A DNA stretch of 62,461 bases, counting the filler, from Rhabdomonas costata (taxonomy: Eukaryota), in assembly GCA_019059605.1 (NCBI GenBank). It is 29 parts of 29 records of this genome, joined end to end, with 100 filler letters (N's around TTAATTAATTAA, not from the genome) between each part and the next. Parts side by side here need not be neighbours in the genome. Positions count along the whole stretch, not along the records: positions 10,796 to 12,853 come from JAHMHO010006010.1; positions 12,954 to 15,012 come from JAHMHO010006011.1; positions 15,113 to 17,181 come from JAHMHO010006012.1; positions 17,282 to 19,339 come from JAHMHO010006013.1; positions 19,440 to 21,497 come from JAHMHO010006014.1; positions 21,598 to 23,658 come from JAHMHO010006015.1; 23 more parts are not named here. One strand, 5' to 3'. The notes below the pieces were generated by a model. That model had not been told where the DNA came from. It searched no databases and saw only the letters and a list, made by a program, of their open reading frames with translations. Positions 11,638-23,758 of the stretch are shown piece by piece. The position numbers were made by a program, and so were the translations under genes. The first letter of the stretch is position 1. Each line of letters opens with the position of its first letter.

Positions 11638-13899
11638 GTATCTCTGTTTGCAGGGCACTGTTTTTCCGGTGTCCATAGCGGGTCTGGGGAGGTTTCTGAG
11701 TAGTGCTCTGCTCTGAACTTTGGAATTCCTCTTATGAATGACTGCTGGGGGTTACTCTGAGTGAATGTCCATATATAGAGGAACAAAGCAGGCAGAAAAG
11801 ACCTTTACCAAAACCATGCCTTGTGTGCGTTGCGTGCGTGTGAGCTTGCGCGCGCGCTTGGGTGGAGGGGTGCATAACGCTGATAACGGAATAACACGGT
11901 TTATACTATGATGACGGGACAGCGAATTCTTCCGCCCATGAAGCGGTGAGTTTGAGTGGGATCCAGATAAGATGTTGGACGGGAAAGCGATGACCATAGA
12001 AAGGGATGATGTTTTATATAGCAAGCTACAACGCAAACTGAGAGTTTTTCATCGCGGCTCAACACATGATGCCGCGAAGGATAAAAAGACTTCTGTTCGA
12101 AATATCACGAAATAGTTCTTCTGTGAGGATTGGGGACAGAAATAGACTGCACAAGCTGCTGTTTATGTTGCTGTCATATCCAGGTTTGTTTCACTGAAAA
12201 AGTTCCCCTTTCCTTTTTTTCTTCGCGCCCAGTGCGTGCGTCGAAACACGAAAACAACTACAAACACTTCAGTAACAACGACTGCGAATTTGAATGGCAG
12301 ATCGCGTGTCTTCTCCGGAGTTGTGGAGCTTGAAGGGGAGGTTTCACCTCTGAAGGGGGGGGGGGCAGCTTTCTTCGCTGACCTTTCCTGGGACCGTGAT
12401 CTTTATGGTGGACGCCAGCACGGGGTATCTCGTCGCCAGTTCCACTGGTGCCCAAGACGTGATCCACCCCCCGCTCTCCCCCACAGGGGAGTGGTCCCAG
12501 GTAATCTGGCCGTTGGCTGCTCCTATTTTCCCGGTATCACTCGTCTTCGGCGGGGTTCAAGACCATTTTCGTTGAGTTCCACAGTCCCACCTCCCCGATT
12601 TATCTGTCCCCCTTTGGATGAAGGCCACCGCTCCTCGGATTCGAGTAATCCTATCTCCTATCTCACTCCCAAGGGATGCGAGAATGCAGTGCAATTTTTG
12701 GAGCTCACCTCGCGGGTTGCAGCAACTGTGTACAGCGCGGCCTTTGCTTGAACTTGCCAGAAAAGAAAGCCCAGTGGTTGCTGTTAGTAACGGTGTGTTT
12801 TGGACACTTAAGTTGTTCCCTGTGGGTACCCGGTTGGGTCCGCCACCACACCCNNNNNNNNNNNNNNNNNNNNNNNNNNNNNNNNNNNNNNNNNNNNTTA
12901 ATTAATTAANNNNNNNNNNNNNNNNNNNNNNNNNNNNNNNNNNNNNNNNNNNNGTTGGTGGGGATTGGACTTCAGTGACAGGGCCATTCCATCCGTGCGG
13001 GTTATTCTGGACTTCGGGTAAACTTCACACTGATGCTGCGCTTTGCTGAGTGCTCAGCCCTTGGCCACGCGTCCATTGTGGGCCGTTGTGGCGATGGCTT
13101 TCGGTTGTCATCTTCCCTTGCTTCAGGAGAACGGTGAGCTGGATCAGAGAAGGGACATTGGTTCATGAAACATTTGAGTTACACGGTCCATGCCACAACA
13201 ATCCATCTGAAGTCGCACTTTCAGATTTCGTGGGAACGTGAGTTCCCGAAAAAGAAAAAAGAGCACCGTGGAGCAGATTCGCTTTTTTGGTGTAAACTGG
13301 GCATTGATGCGCACGATAATTACTTGCACGGATATTGGCAGCTGAGGTGGATTGTGGATGCCAAATGACTTGTTTCCATCGGGATGCCACCAACTCTGTG
13401 AGATTGCGCGCCCGTTATCACCAGGTTTTTAGCCGTCGCTGGTAGGCTCCAGACTTTACGTCACCGGTCGGAGCAAAAGGCCTTGACACCTTCGAGTTGG
13501 CCACGATGAACCCGATAGCGGGGTTTGACACCCCCAGGCACACCAGAAAAGGACATGCACACCTTGCACGAGGCTGTCTGCTGGGCAGGCCGGGTCCTGA
13601 GAAGGATAGGTTCCGCGTATCCCTCCGCCACCGGATTGCTCAAGCACACCGTGGCATTGCAGGGCCCTTGCTGCGGCTAATCGGGCAAGTGTGGCCTGCC
13701 AGCGCGGGTGCGGGATGGCCGCTCCCGATGTCTTTGACGGAGCCCGCGCACCTGCTAACACCCATTTGAGGGAAAAGTACCCCAGCAAAGGCGGCAAGGA
13801 AGAACAAACCGCAAGGAAAGCAAGTGTGACCACAGTTATGCGTCCAAATTATTTTTTGGGGGCAAAGGTTAACCGCTGTGTCCCTGCACCAACCCGCCA

Positions 13900-14470
13900 T
13901 TTCTCATCATAGCCGGAAACGCGGCGGCTGCCGGAACCCTAGGGGGCACGCGCACCAGCGGGGCGCCAGAGCGCATTTTGACAAACGACAACCTTGGAGC
14001 AAGGATACCCTGTGTATCTTTAAAGACGGTCCCTGTCACGAACCGGCTTGGTAACCGGCTACCGGGATGGCTGCTCCGCCCGAAAACCCGGAAACTAAGA
14101 CCGAGGGATGCGGACCGCTGCTCGGTCCAATCCTCAAGAAGGGATGGGGATAAAATCCCTTCCCATAGCGTCGCCATTGGGATGAAGCCGCTCTTCATTC
14201 CCGGCGACCGCCAAGGAGCAAAATGCAAGCAGGGAGAAAATGGGCCGCAACAAGCCAGTCGGGCACAAGGTGCCCTAGGTATGGAATGCCAAGCCCCTTG
14301 GGGCAAAGGATTCCGGCCTACCGGGGTATGGTGGGACCGGTGCGGGAATCATCGGTCAAACCAACCAAGTCAATCGGTCAAAGCGGTTCCCTTTAAATCG
14401 TTGGCTGTGCTGTTGCTTGCCTTCGTGCTCTGTGGTACGCTGTGCACCCTGTAGGCTGGCGCACCGTATG
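13900..14470 (+). mobile_element. Degenerate tyrosine-recombinase-like relic (copy 2, best preserved)
   Basis: Ordered fragments GTLGGTRTSG (box I R), LKT, DRCSV (cf. CPV), PLFIP, GSL*IVGCA (cf. HSLRxGxA) and VGWRT (cf. GxW). Homologous to 1600-2059. Confidence 0.5.
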
Positions 14471-15112
14471 CCCACCGGCACGCCGGTGGGCCAGCAACGA
14501 TTTTGGTGTTTGTTCCTGATATGGTTTCGTTTTCCGGCTTTTTGTTTTCCGAACCAATCGGAACCATGCAAGACGGAAGTTACGAGCTTGCGCCTTGACA
14601 TGCGGGGTGTGGGTTGAGGCCTGCGACTTGTAAGCCGTGTGTGCACCCGTGTGAGCTGACGGTAAAGCGGTGGATGATCAATAAATAGCCAATGCTTGAA
14701 CCTGCTTGCTGTTGACGGGTGCATATCGGGTGCGGCGGAACGGCAGATTCCCAACGATTCTCAAATTGACCCCAAAAAGTTGAAAATGAGGTTCGAACCA
14801 TGAGGTACTAATGCATAGTCGCCGACAGAGGGTAAAACCGCAGTGAACACGACACCGTTACAAGCGACAAGCGCGCTACCGCTGGGCTGGCGGGGAAAAG
14901 CCCCAAGAAAATTGGGCACTCTTAGTGCGTTCTAAATATTGTGTGTGGGCTGAGTTGTGCTGAAACAAAATCATATTTTGATTTTTATTCTTTCTTCGAA
15001 TCACCCCCACCCNNNNNNNNNNNNNNNNNNNNNNNNNNNNNNNNNNNNNNNNNNNNTTAATTAATTAANNNNNNNNNNNNNNNNNNNNNNNNNNNNNNNN
15101 NNNNNNNNNNNN

Positions 15113-16412
15113 AGCTTCCACCTGCATCCGGCTCATCTGAAGCTCCGCACCAAGTCGCTCCTCAACCTCAACTGCCGCAGTATGGTCCCGATGCTTTTCT
15201 TCGTATTCCTGCTTGAGCCGTTCAAGCTCACTGCGAGTGAATTCCAGGCTCACAGTCGAGCGCTGGTGCTCCAGTTGTAGAAGCTTGAAACCTTCGATGT
15301 TGCGTTGGTTGTCCGTCCTCAGCAACTCCTTCTCGCTGAGGAGTTGCTGCAGGTGTGCGTCTTTTTCGCGCAGTAGCTTCCGCAGCTTCTCATGTTCATT
15401 TTGAATGTGTTGTGGGTAGCAGGTGGTAAAATTAGTTCCCAAAGCCAGCTGTTGCGATGGTTTCGCCCTCATGTGCTGGCAATCGATTTGTTCCAATTGG
15501 CAGCTGGACTCCGGGGAACAAGCTGCATCGTCGGATTTGAGATTTTCAAGGCCCACTCGGGTTTCGTGTGATAGCTGGTGGGCTAAAAGCCCTCCAGATA
15601 CAACAGAAAGGCTCCTTTCTCTCTCCAGTTCTGCTTCAAACGCCAAACGCTCCACCTCAAGCTCCGTTTCTGCGCTTTCCTGAGCCATACGGTACCAAAG
15701 GATGGATTGTTCCATATCCCTGCAACGAACAAGAAGAGAGTCAACGACTCCACTTTCCTGTCGAAGCAGTTGACGAACTTGCGCCTCCCAGCAGACAATG
15801 CAATGCCGTCCTCGGCTCTCCCCCATCTGTACATCCAGAAGCTGGTCGAGAAGAGCACTCTCACGGTAACCACCATGAATGTGAGAAGGCTGCAATAAAG
15901 AAACCATAGTGGAAGAATAAACTGAGGTAAAAAAAAACATTAAAGACATTGGACAGGAGGGAGCAAACCTTCTCGTCATGCAAAATCCGAAAGGAGGTCG
16001 CGCCTAGTAATATAAAAAAGGCTCGAAAAAACAGCCAACGACCTTATTGCAAGACGAAAGCGAGACAAACGCGTTACCTGTGGGTTGAACTTGCATACTG
16101 AGTTCCGGCCTACACGAAAGAAAAACAACGAAATGATCCACGATATTAGCATATTAGCATATAAGCGTATTAGCATCCAAATGAAGAGACCTGGAAGGGT
16201 GGTGAACATCACACGCGTAGGCAATAAAGGGTACCGCAGAGGCATGCGGTGCGACAGAAAGCTGCGTTGAATTCAATGTGCTGCAAAGTGAGGTGTCTCC
16301 AGAAGTCTGAAGGAGTCCAATGGCTTTTTGAGGATCCGCCTGCGCGCGAACCTTTTCTTCGTGAACGTATTTTTTAAGAAGTCGATGCTCCTTCTTGTAC
16401 CGTTCCTTCAAC
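15113..16412 (-). CDS. Coiled-coil protein (large exon ~15113-15889, probable upstream exon ~16260-16412)
   Basis: An ORF of over 250 aa rich in E/L/Q/K/R heptads, open at the contig end. Possible further 5' exons at 16844-17163 are uncertain. Confidence 0.7.
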
Positions 16413-17771
16413 CTGTGAATTAACAAAAACCATTAAAACGGATCAAGGTAATTTGAAAAGAACACCGAAAAGAACAAGTAAAAACCTCTGATGTTCATTC
16501 ATCTTCGGACTGGGGCAAAGGTAGAAAGTTCACACCGTTGGGAATCCCACCTGCAGCACCTGCAGCGGAAAAACAAATGCAAGGCAGCAATGTGATTCAC
16601 TTTCCCAGAAATAACTGATCCGAGGCATCAAAGATACCTTTTCTAGGAATCAGGCAGTCAGCATAAAATGAAATGTGAAGTGTCCATAACTCAATGTAAA
16701 AAACCCTGCAATCAAAGCAAACACACACACACAACCAACCAGTTTGCGGTTTAGGGTTGGCAGATACCTAAACTTGGGAAAGCAATCGTTATGCAGCAAT
16801 ATTACAAGTCAAAATAACCGGCCTTAGAAATGTTCAGACCGTCACCCGCAAGGCATTGGACGTCCGTCCCATTGGTAAATCCTGCACATCGCCCCCGTAA
16901 TGCGTGTCCCAGTACGCGGATGCTCCCTCTTGGTCGATGCGTCCCTGTGTGTGTTGGGCGCATTGCGCGCTGGCTGTTGCCTGGTTGACTGGTTGACTGG
17001 TTGGTGGTGACCACTGGGGACTGACTGGCGCACGCGCTGTTGGCCACGGGTGCTCGCGAGAGGTGCCGTTGGAGCGAACGGTGCCGTGGGGAACCGAAAT
17101 CGGCTCACCACCGAACGTTCCACATCTGGTAACCTCCCATCTGCCCCACGGGTCCCGGGCCATTGTCGCGCGGCTGCTCTTNNNNNNNNNNNNNNNNNNN
17201 NNNNNNNNNNNNNNNNNNNNNNNNNTTAATTAATTAANNNNNNNNNNNNNNNNNNNNNNNNNNNNNNNNNNNNNNNNNNNNGTGTTGGGTGTTGGGTCTC
17301 TAAAGTCAGCTCTGTGGGTCCCTGGTGCGCATGCGACTGGTTGTGTTGGCTGGGATTGGTCTGCTGCTGACCGTGCTCCAGCTTTGCTGCTGTCCCAACC
17401 TACTGCCTGCGTGTTTTCCTTCTCTCTCCGTCCACGTCCGTCTGGCGCTGGCCTTCTGCGTGCATATGTGTATGTCTGTGTGCTTGTGTGTCTGTCTGTC
17501 AGAAATGTACAGGGCAGTAAAGCGTTTGCTATCTGCTTCTTCTCGTATAATATTGGCTGACAATTATTTTGTTCCGTGCTGGCGCACGCAAAGTTTTATG
17601 TATTAATCCAAGACTTAATAAGACCAATCCCAAATCACACTCGAGATGGTGTCATTGACGTCATTTCGGACTGTAATGCCACTTGTTCATGAGGAGATCA
17701 ATCGAACTACCAAAAAACGCCCTTTTATGGCGTTCCTCTTGGAGCCAGAGGAGGAGAGGGAAGAGACGTAC

Positions 17772-18683
17772 GCAAAGCATGTCGGTACGGCTGCCCCGGA
17801 GTACGGGGTACGAGGAGAGCGTTGCGATGAGCACTCCGAGATTGGTGTTGGCCTCCCCCAGAAGGTGGTTTCTGGTGTTTATCCACACAATCGGCCTCCC
17901 CGTGCTCACCTCAATCGCAAACGACCTGGAGGCACACCGTGATGACTGTGCAGCTGAAGAACTCACAACCACGAGGGATACATTAGGGCAACATCATACT
18001 GAAGATGAAGCGGCGATACACTCGCAGCATGCGGTGCGTTACTCCCATGCCTCTTGCCCTTATCGTTGAAAAAGACGCCTGAAGCGTTCACACAACACCT
18101 GATTTTATCGATATGCATTCTGAGCAGGGTTCGCGAACGTTCTCCCTGTTCTCCCTTCCGTGGTTTAGCATTTTCCTTGATGCGATTGATATCATATGCC
18201 ACAGTAGAGTGCGAGATGGTGCCAGTTAGGGGGGCATGTACAGAAACGTGATGAGCAAAAGCAGACATTTCAGTTTTCAATTTTCTGTTTTTTTTTTTGC
18301 ATATTTCAACTGTTCATGTGGTGGCACTGCCCGAAGAGTGTGGCGATGTCCAGCATTCCAGCATTGTGCTCGTGACAAGAAATAAATTGCAGCGGGTTGC
18401 TCAGTCAGAAAGTCGAGGTGCCTCGACCTAGAATTTCTGAGCACGGAATTCCTTACAAGTGCTGCGTTGCCACAGCATCCTGAAAAAGACAAGCACCCCA
18501 CCACACCCACCACCTCCCGCAGGCATACGAGTAGGTCACCATGGCGTCCCGAGGCTGCGGGCTGTCATCCCGCCAGGTGTGAGTCCCACAGTAACTCCCG
18601 GTGAACCGGACCTCACAGTAGCTTCCGGGGCACTTCAAGAACTGCAGGCTTACCACGTCCTGGAAGGACGCACCACCCGCCAT
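17772..18683 (-). CDS. Unknown protein, first two exons (18514-18683 and 17772-17925)
   Basis: An ATG-initiated exon ends in phase 2 and joins the next AG-bounded exon in frame: MAGGASFQDVVSLQFLKCPGSYCEVRF...YACGR|SFAIEVSTGRPIVWINTRNHLL... Confidence 0.6.
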
Positions 18684-19466
18684 TGAATGGAGACCCAGTG
18701 ATTTGGACCCAACATTCAGCTTCAGCCAAAAATGCCACAGATGTAACCGAAACGAAAGTTCACGCCTTAGCGCTTTATTTTTGCGCCTTTATGAGAGACA
18801 GTCTATAGCAGTCTGAAGGGTCGTTTGGAGATGATGAATGCAAAGAGCAGGTAATAATGGGAAGGGACTGAAAAGCGAGTGCGCGAAAGGTGGTGAGATA
18901 CACCAGGGTCAGGTGTAGTGCACCGAGAGATCGAGGACTATGATACACGCGAAAATGCGGCAATCTTCCATCTCGACAACTGACTGCCTAACTCAACTCA
19001 CTAAGACCAAAAAAAATGGGAGGGGCACCTGAATGTTGCCGAACAAGGGATGCCACTCTGTCGTAACCTGAGGTTCGGACTGGTGGGCCCTGCACCCACT
19101 TGCGGGGGGTCCGGAGTTGCGGAACACCAGAGTGAACTCTGTCCGCTCGGGGGTATCGCCCACAAAAATCTGTGGCACCCGTCCACCCAGGCACACATCT
19201 ACACGCAGTGGAAAGAGAGACAGGGATGGAAGGGGAGAAGCGGAGGCTGAGGCAAAGCCCTACAATGTGAACCCGAAGGAGACCACAAAAACTGTGGAAA
19301 TAAACAGTATAAAACGTTTTTCTCTGCCTTTTGGGCGGGNNNNNNNNNNNNNNNNNNNNNNNNNNNNNNNNNNNNNNNNNNNNTTAATTAATTAANNNNN
19401 NNNNNNNNNNNNNNNNNNNNNNNNNNNNNNNNNNNNNNNGGTGGGGGTGTTGGCCTTCTCCTTCCC

Positions 19467-21290
19467 CTACGTCAGCTTAGTAGTGCCCACCCTGCCTGTG
19501 TAGCGGGAAGTGTCACGACCGATGAACTCCCCGGAGCGGGCCCATTGCGGGAGGGCCTTCCCCGCCGCCCTCCACCGCTCGCTCTGCAGCTGCTTGCGGT
19601 GCATCGACCGCACCACGCCTCGGGTGTACTCCGGGCGGGCGTCTGCGGCACGGGGCATGGGCACGCTGGGGATGTGGTCCAACGCGAACGAGATTGCCAC
19701 CGTCTCTAGGTCCAGCGCCGAGGCCGGAAAGAGCTCCTTCAGCTTGTGTCCTGAGAAGGAGGGCGGGTGGGACTCCAATAACTCCCCGTCCCTACCTTGT
19801 CCCTTCGCTCTGGAGCAAAAACCCGTCAGGTCAGTGAGCTGGGCCTTTTCCGTGTCCCACAGAGGCGGCTTTTTTTTTGACTGGACAGAATAGCACCCAG
19901 GGATGCTGACGGGTTTAGACCCCATCAAAGTCCCATCTGCCCCTCAAAATTTGTCCATGAAACCATGAAAGTTCGAACACCATGACAAACGCGGTTGGAC
20001 CGAGGGACAACAACAACCATATAGACACCCTTTTCAACACAACGGCAGGGAGATTGGACCAGAGTCATGATTTCCACAAAAAGCGCAGAACGTATGGATG
20101 GCGTTAATCGCGCGAATGAAACGTGCAGGACGTCTTCGGGAAGACAGGCGCATTTCAGAGTCGTTTAATACGGATGGGGTCGGGCATTCTATTGCCGTGA
20201 AAGGCTACAGAGGAATACAGAGAATACAGCGAGAATCGAGGCAGCCACGCAGTGTACCTCGATACGCCGCAACGAACGCTCGAAAAGCTCCTGTGCAAAG
20301 AGAACGGCGTGAGGGAGAAGAGGGTGAGGGGGTGAAGGCCTAGTAAAGCGTTCCGTTTACCCATATTTGACCCCCACACACGCTCTCTCTCTCGCTCGCC
20401 CCCTCCGTGCCCATCCAAACACCTGCAACTGTGGAATCGACTCAGCCCAAGCACACGAGAAATATCACACAAAACTCAAAAAACGTAATCGTTCGGTGTT
20501 ATGTCGGAGAATAGGGGGTTTGGGAGCATTACGGCTGAAAGGGAGAGGAAAGGGCCACTTGATAGGGACGTCATTCTTCCAGCCAAAATCCAAGGCTGGC
20601 AGTTGATAGGTCGGTGGTTGGGAAGAGGTGACACACGGATGGCCGACTTCTGCAGGCGGGGGTCCTCCGTAAGCATGGCCTCCAGCTTGAGCTGCAGGTT
20701 AGGTACGGGGAACGGGGTTTTGTACTCCTCCAGGGTCAGATGATGGCGGCCCAGGTAAGTCAGGAAGGCCTTCTCGCAGGGGTGAACGAACAGCAACGCC
20801 GCCTGGGTCGCACCGCACAACAACCACGGGGTGGCGGTGGGAGAAAGGAAAGCCAACTCCTCCATGTTTTCCATTCAGAAGAAAACAAAAGGGGAAACAA
20901 GCTGAGGGAACAAGGCAAGATGGCACCGCTGCACCACGGCCGCTCAAAATGCCCAAGGTAAGGCGCTGCTCTAGTTCAGCTGACCCCTCTTCTGCGACCT
21001 CTTCGCTCATTGAGTATTACTTTCCTTTGCATGCTGTTGCACTGTTGTCGAACACATTCAGGTATTCTGAGGGCAAGGCCATTATTTCAGCCATATGAAT
21101 CAACGTATGCCACACCTCTATGAGCACGACGGGGTGGCGAAGGGGGGGAGGAGACACCAACCCACCAAACCACCCACACAAACCCCGGTGGCCCCCATTC
21201 GAGCCGTTCGCCCCACACGGTGGATGTACTCGTTCACATCCAGTGGAGGGTCGAACTGCACAATCCACTCCACCATGGGGATGTCCAGCC
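19467..21290 (-). CDS. HAS1/DDX18-family DEAD-box RNA helicase, last four exons (21184-21290, 20637-20802, 20258-20290, 19467-19750)
   Basis: [27 protein letters not shown] (motifs V-VI), [34 protein letters not shown] and [10 protein letters not shown] match the HAS1/DBP4/SPB4 C-terminal domain. All junctions are in phase. Confidence 0.9.
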
Positions 21291-22270
21291 CTGCCATATG
21301 GCATGACTCACCCCTCTTCGTGTCACACAGAAACAAGCGGATTAAAAACCAAGTTTATAGCTAAGAGGGCTAACAAGCCCACTGAACGGCAACTCAGAGG
21401 GGTTGGAGAATAAGTAACCTTTCCCCGGAAACGAAGGAAAGCATTCCGATCGCGTAACAGCCAATCTCAGGTCCTCCCCATTGAAGCCCACCCCACCNNN
21501 NNNNNNNNNNNNNNNNNNNNNNNNNNNNNNNNNNNNNNNNNTTAATTAATTAANNNNNNNNNNNNNNNNNNNNNNNNNNNNNNNNNNNNNNNNNNNNTGT
21601 GGTGGGGTACATCAAGATGCGATTGTGCTCCGAGCAAGGAGAGACATAGGGGGGCTCAACTCAACTCAGAAAGCGCACCTTAAAAAGCCAGGTCAAATTA
21701 ATGTCCGGATTAAAGATATCCGCAATTGCGCTCAACTCTCTCACCCCTCATTTTGCACGATACCCGTATTTTGTACCAGCATTGCGGAAAGGGTCACTTG
21801 GGAAGGGAGCACTTGTAATCCTTGGCAAAATACAAAAATAACGGGCATCGTTGGGCATCGAGGAACTTATCATGGGCATCGTTTGGGCATCGTGACCCAT
21901 CGGACATTTGTTGGAAGAAACTCCAATCCAATGAACAATTGGGGCTGGTTGTTAGCGCTTACTGCCAAAAAAGTGAATTCAGTGCTCATTGTATACATTT
22001 TCTGTCTTTGTGTATTTTTCCAGGCTATTTCTGATGAACCACAAAACAACAATTTTCACTACATTTAGCGCAGATTAGAACAAGAATGGTCATTTTGACC
22101 CATGTCTGTCTCTCTTCAAACTCATTTGCGGGCTTTCACAATTGCTTGAGCACGGAGCGGAGCGACGCCGTAGGCTTCTGCATCAACGCATTTTCGGTAG
22201 CGTTAAAATGGGAGCGGGGTCTGGGAATCCGCCGTTGCCAAAAAGGTCATGTTCATTCAAAACACACGCA

Positions 22271-22337
22271 CTGAGCTGGATGTGAAGCGAGAACACTGGT
22301 ACGGATACTGTCATCACCGAAGTCGGCTCGAATCCAT
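22271..22337 (+). repeat. Dispersed repeat family D with a Pol III B-box-like end (second copy 50919-50989, minus strand)
   Basis: Both copies share ctgag...gtgaa...aacac...ggt.cgg.ta...tcggctcgaatccat, including a 15-nt identity. Confidence 0.6.
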
Positions 22338-22384
22338 ATCGTTAGGATGAAGGCACCTCTGGCCCCACGCCAACCAGGTATTCA

Positions 22385-22415
<31 letters not shown>

Positions 22416-22425
22416 CACTCATTAC

Positions 22426-22735
22426 CTTCGGACATTGCGGCCCAAGCAGCGCCGGACTGAATTCTCAGTCGCACAGCCGTCAGCCAATTCTTAGTCCGCC
22501 GGGACCGGGCCTTCATTTCCACGCAGGCCTTGCTAAAGTCTTTCTGGTAGACCTCCGCTTTGGCCACCCAATGTCTTTCCCACACACTGGGAATGTACTT
22601 CACAAAGCGAAGTGCGCAACGGGGGGCTGCGCGGGGTGCTCTCCGGCAAAAAGTGTGCACCCTCCAGAAGCGATAAGCCACGCCCAGCAGAACAACGGAG
22701 AGGACCAGGCTAACGAAGGCTCGGACATCCACCAT
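22426..22735 (-). CDS. First exon of a type II membrane or secretory protein
   Basis: ATG, a signal-anchor (AFVSLVLSVVLLGVAY), then CALRFVKYIPSVWERHW, ending at a GTAATG donor. Confidence 0.65.
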
Positions 22736-23758
22736 TAGTGCAGAAGGCAAATGGTGAGGAAAGTAAAATCCCTTTCAGCGGACACAACTACGAATCAAAC
22801 CGCCCGATAACTCGATAACGAGAAAATTAGTTAGGGAGGAGTAAAGCAATTCGTGAACAAGTGTGCATTGTATATTGAAAAGGCCCGCGCCACTGTGAAG
22901 TAGTGTGTGAAGTTGCGTATTCTCCTTATGCAGGGTCATGACATCAGTCCACATAGGCCTACTGTGGCGCAGTACTTCTGGAAGACCCTATAAAACTTTG
23001 AGGGTATGAACACCTCGCACCATGGCACTGTGACAGCATGCTTATGGCATACCAATTTGTCATTCACCAAGTCGAAAGTGCAAAAGTGCGTGATAGGGTT
23101 CTAAGGCCAATCGTGTGCACTCTGCCTCTGCACCGGTGTATGTATATTAAACAATATTGCAGCCACAAAAACGTCATGCAGGGCGGTCTTTCAGCAAGAA
23201 TTTTGGGTCTGATTCAATGCTGTTTTTCATCCAGTTTTCTTGCACAAGTAATTGGGCAAACGCACACCGACTCACCTCAGACAACTCCCCGAAACTAGCC
23301 AAAGAACACAAAAATGTGGAATCAAATCACGTCAGAGGTTACCAGATGATAAGTGAAGCTCCAGATCTAATCATTAATACCTGCTGCAATCTCAAGGTAC
23401 AACCACTTAGGAGGAAGAAACGCAAGGAATCATCTCATCACATCCTTTCTTACCAGGGCCGAGAAAGCAAAGTAGCGACACAATTTCAGAGCGGAATTCA
23501 ATGGAAAAATCTTCACGCGGTTCCGCGGCACAGTGTCAGGTCCACTGTACCAGCTTTCTCCGCTTTTCTAATGGAGCTCGAGGTTCCTCTGCCCGAGTGC
23601 AGCGTGTGGAGGCTGGCAGCAGGTATTAATGATTAGATCTGGAGCTTCACACACCACCNNNNNNNNNNNNNNNNNNNNNNNNNNNNNNNNNNNNNNNNNN
23701 NNTTAATTAATTAANNNNNNNNNNNNNNNNNNNNNNNNNNNNNNNNNNNNNNNNNNNN

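Noticed and set aside
17860-17910. GRPIVWINTRNH as a CRAL-TRIO/Sec14 motif
   Set aside because: The flanking spliced sequence does not match the rest of that domain.
21843-21902. Four GGGCATCG repeats
   Set aside because: Too short and irregular; a simple local duplication.
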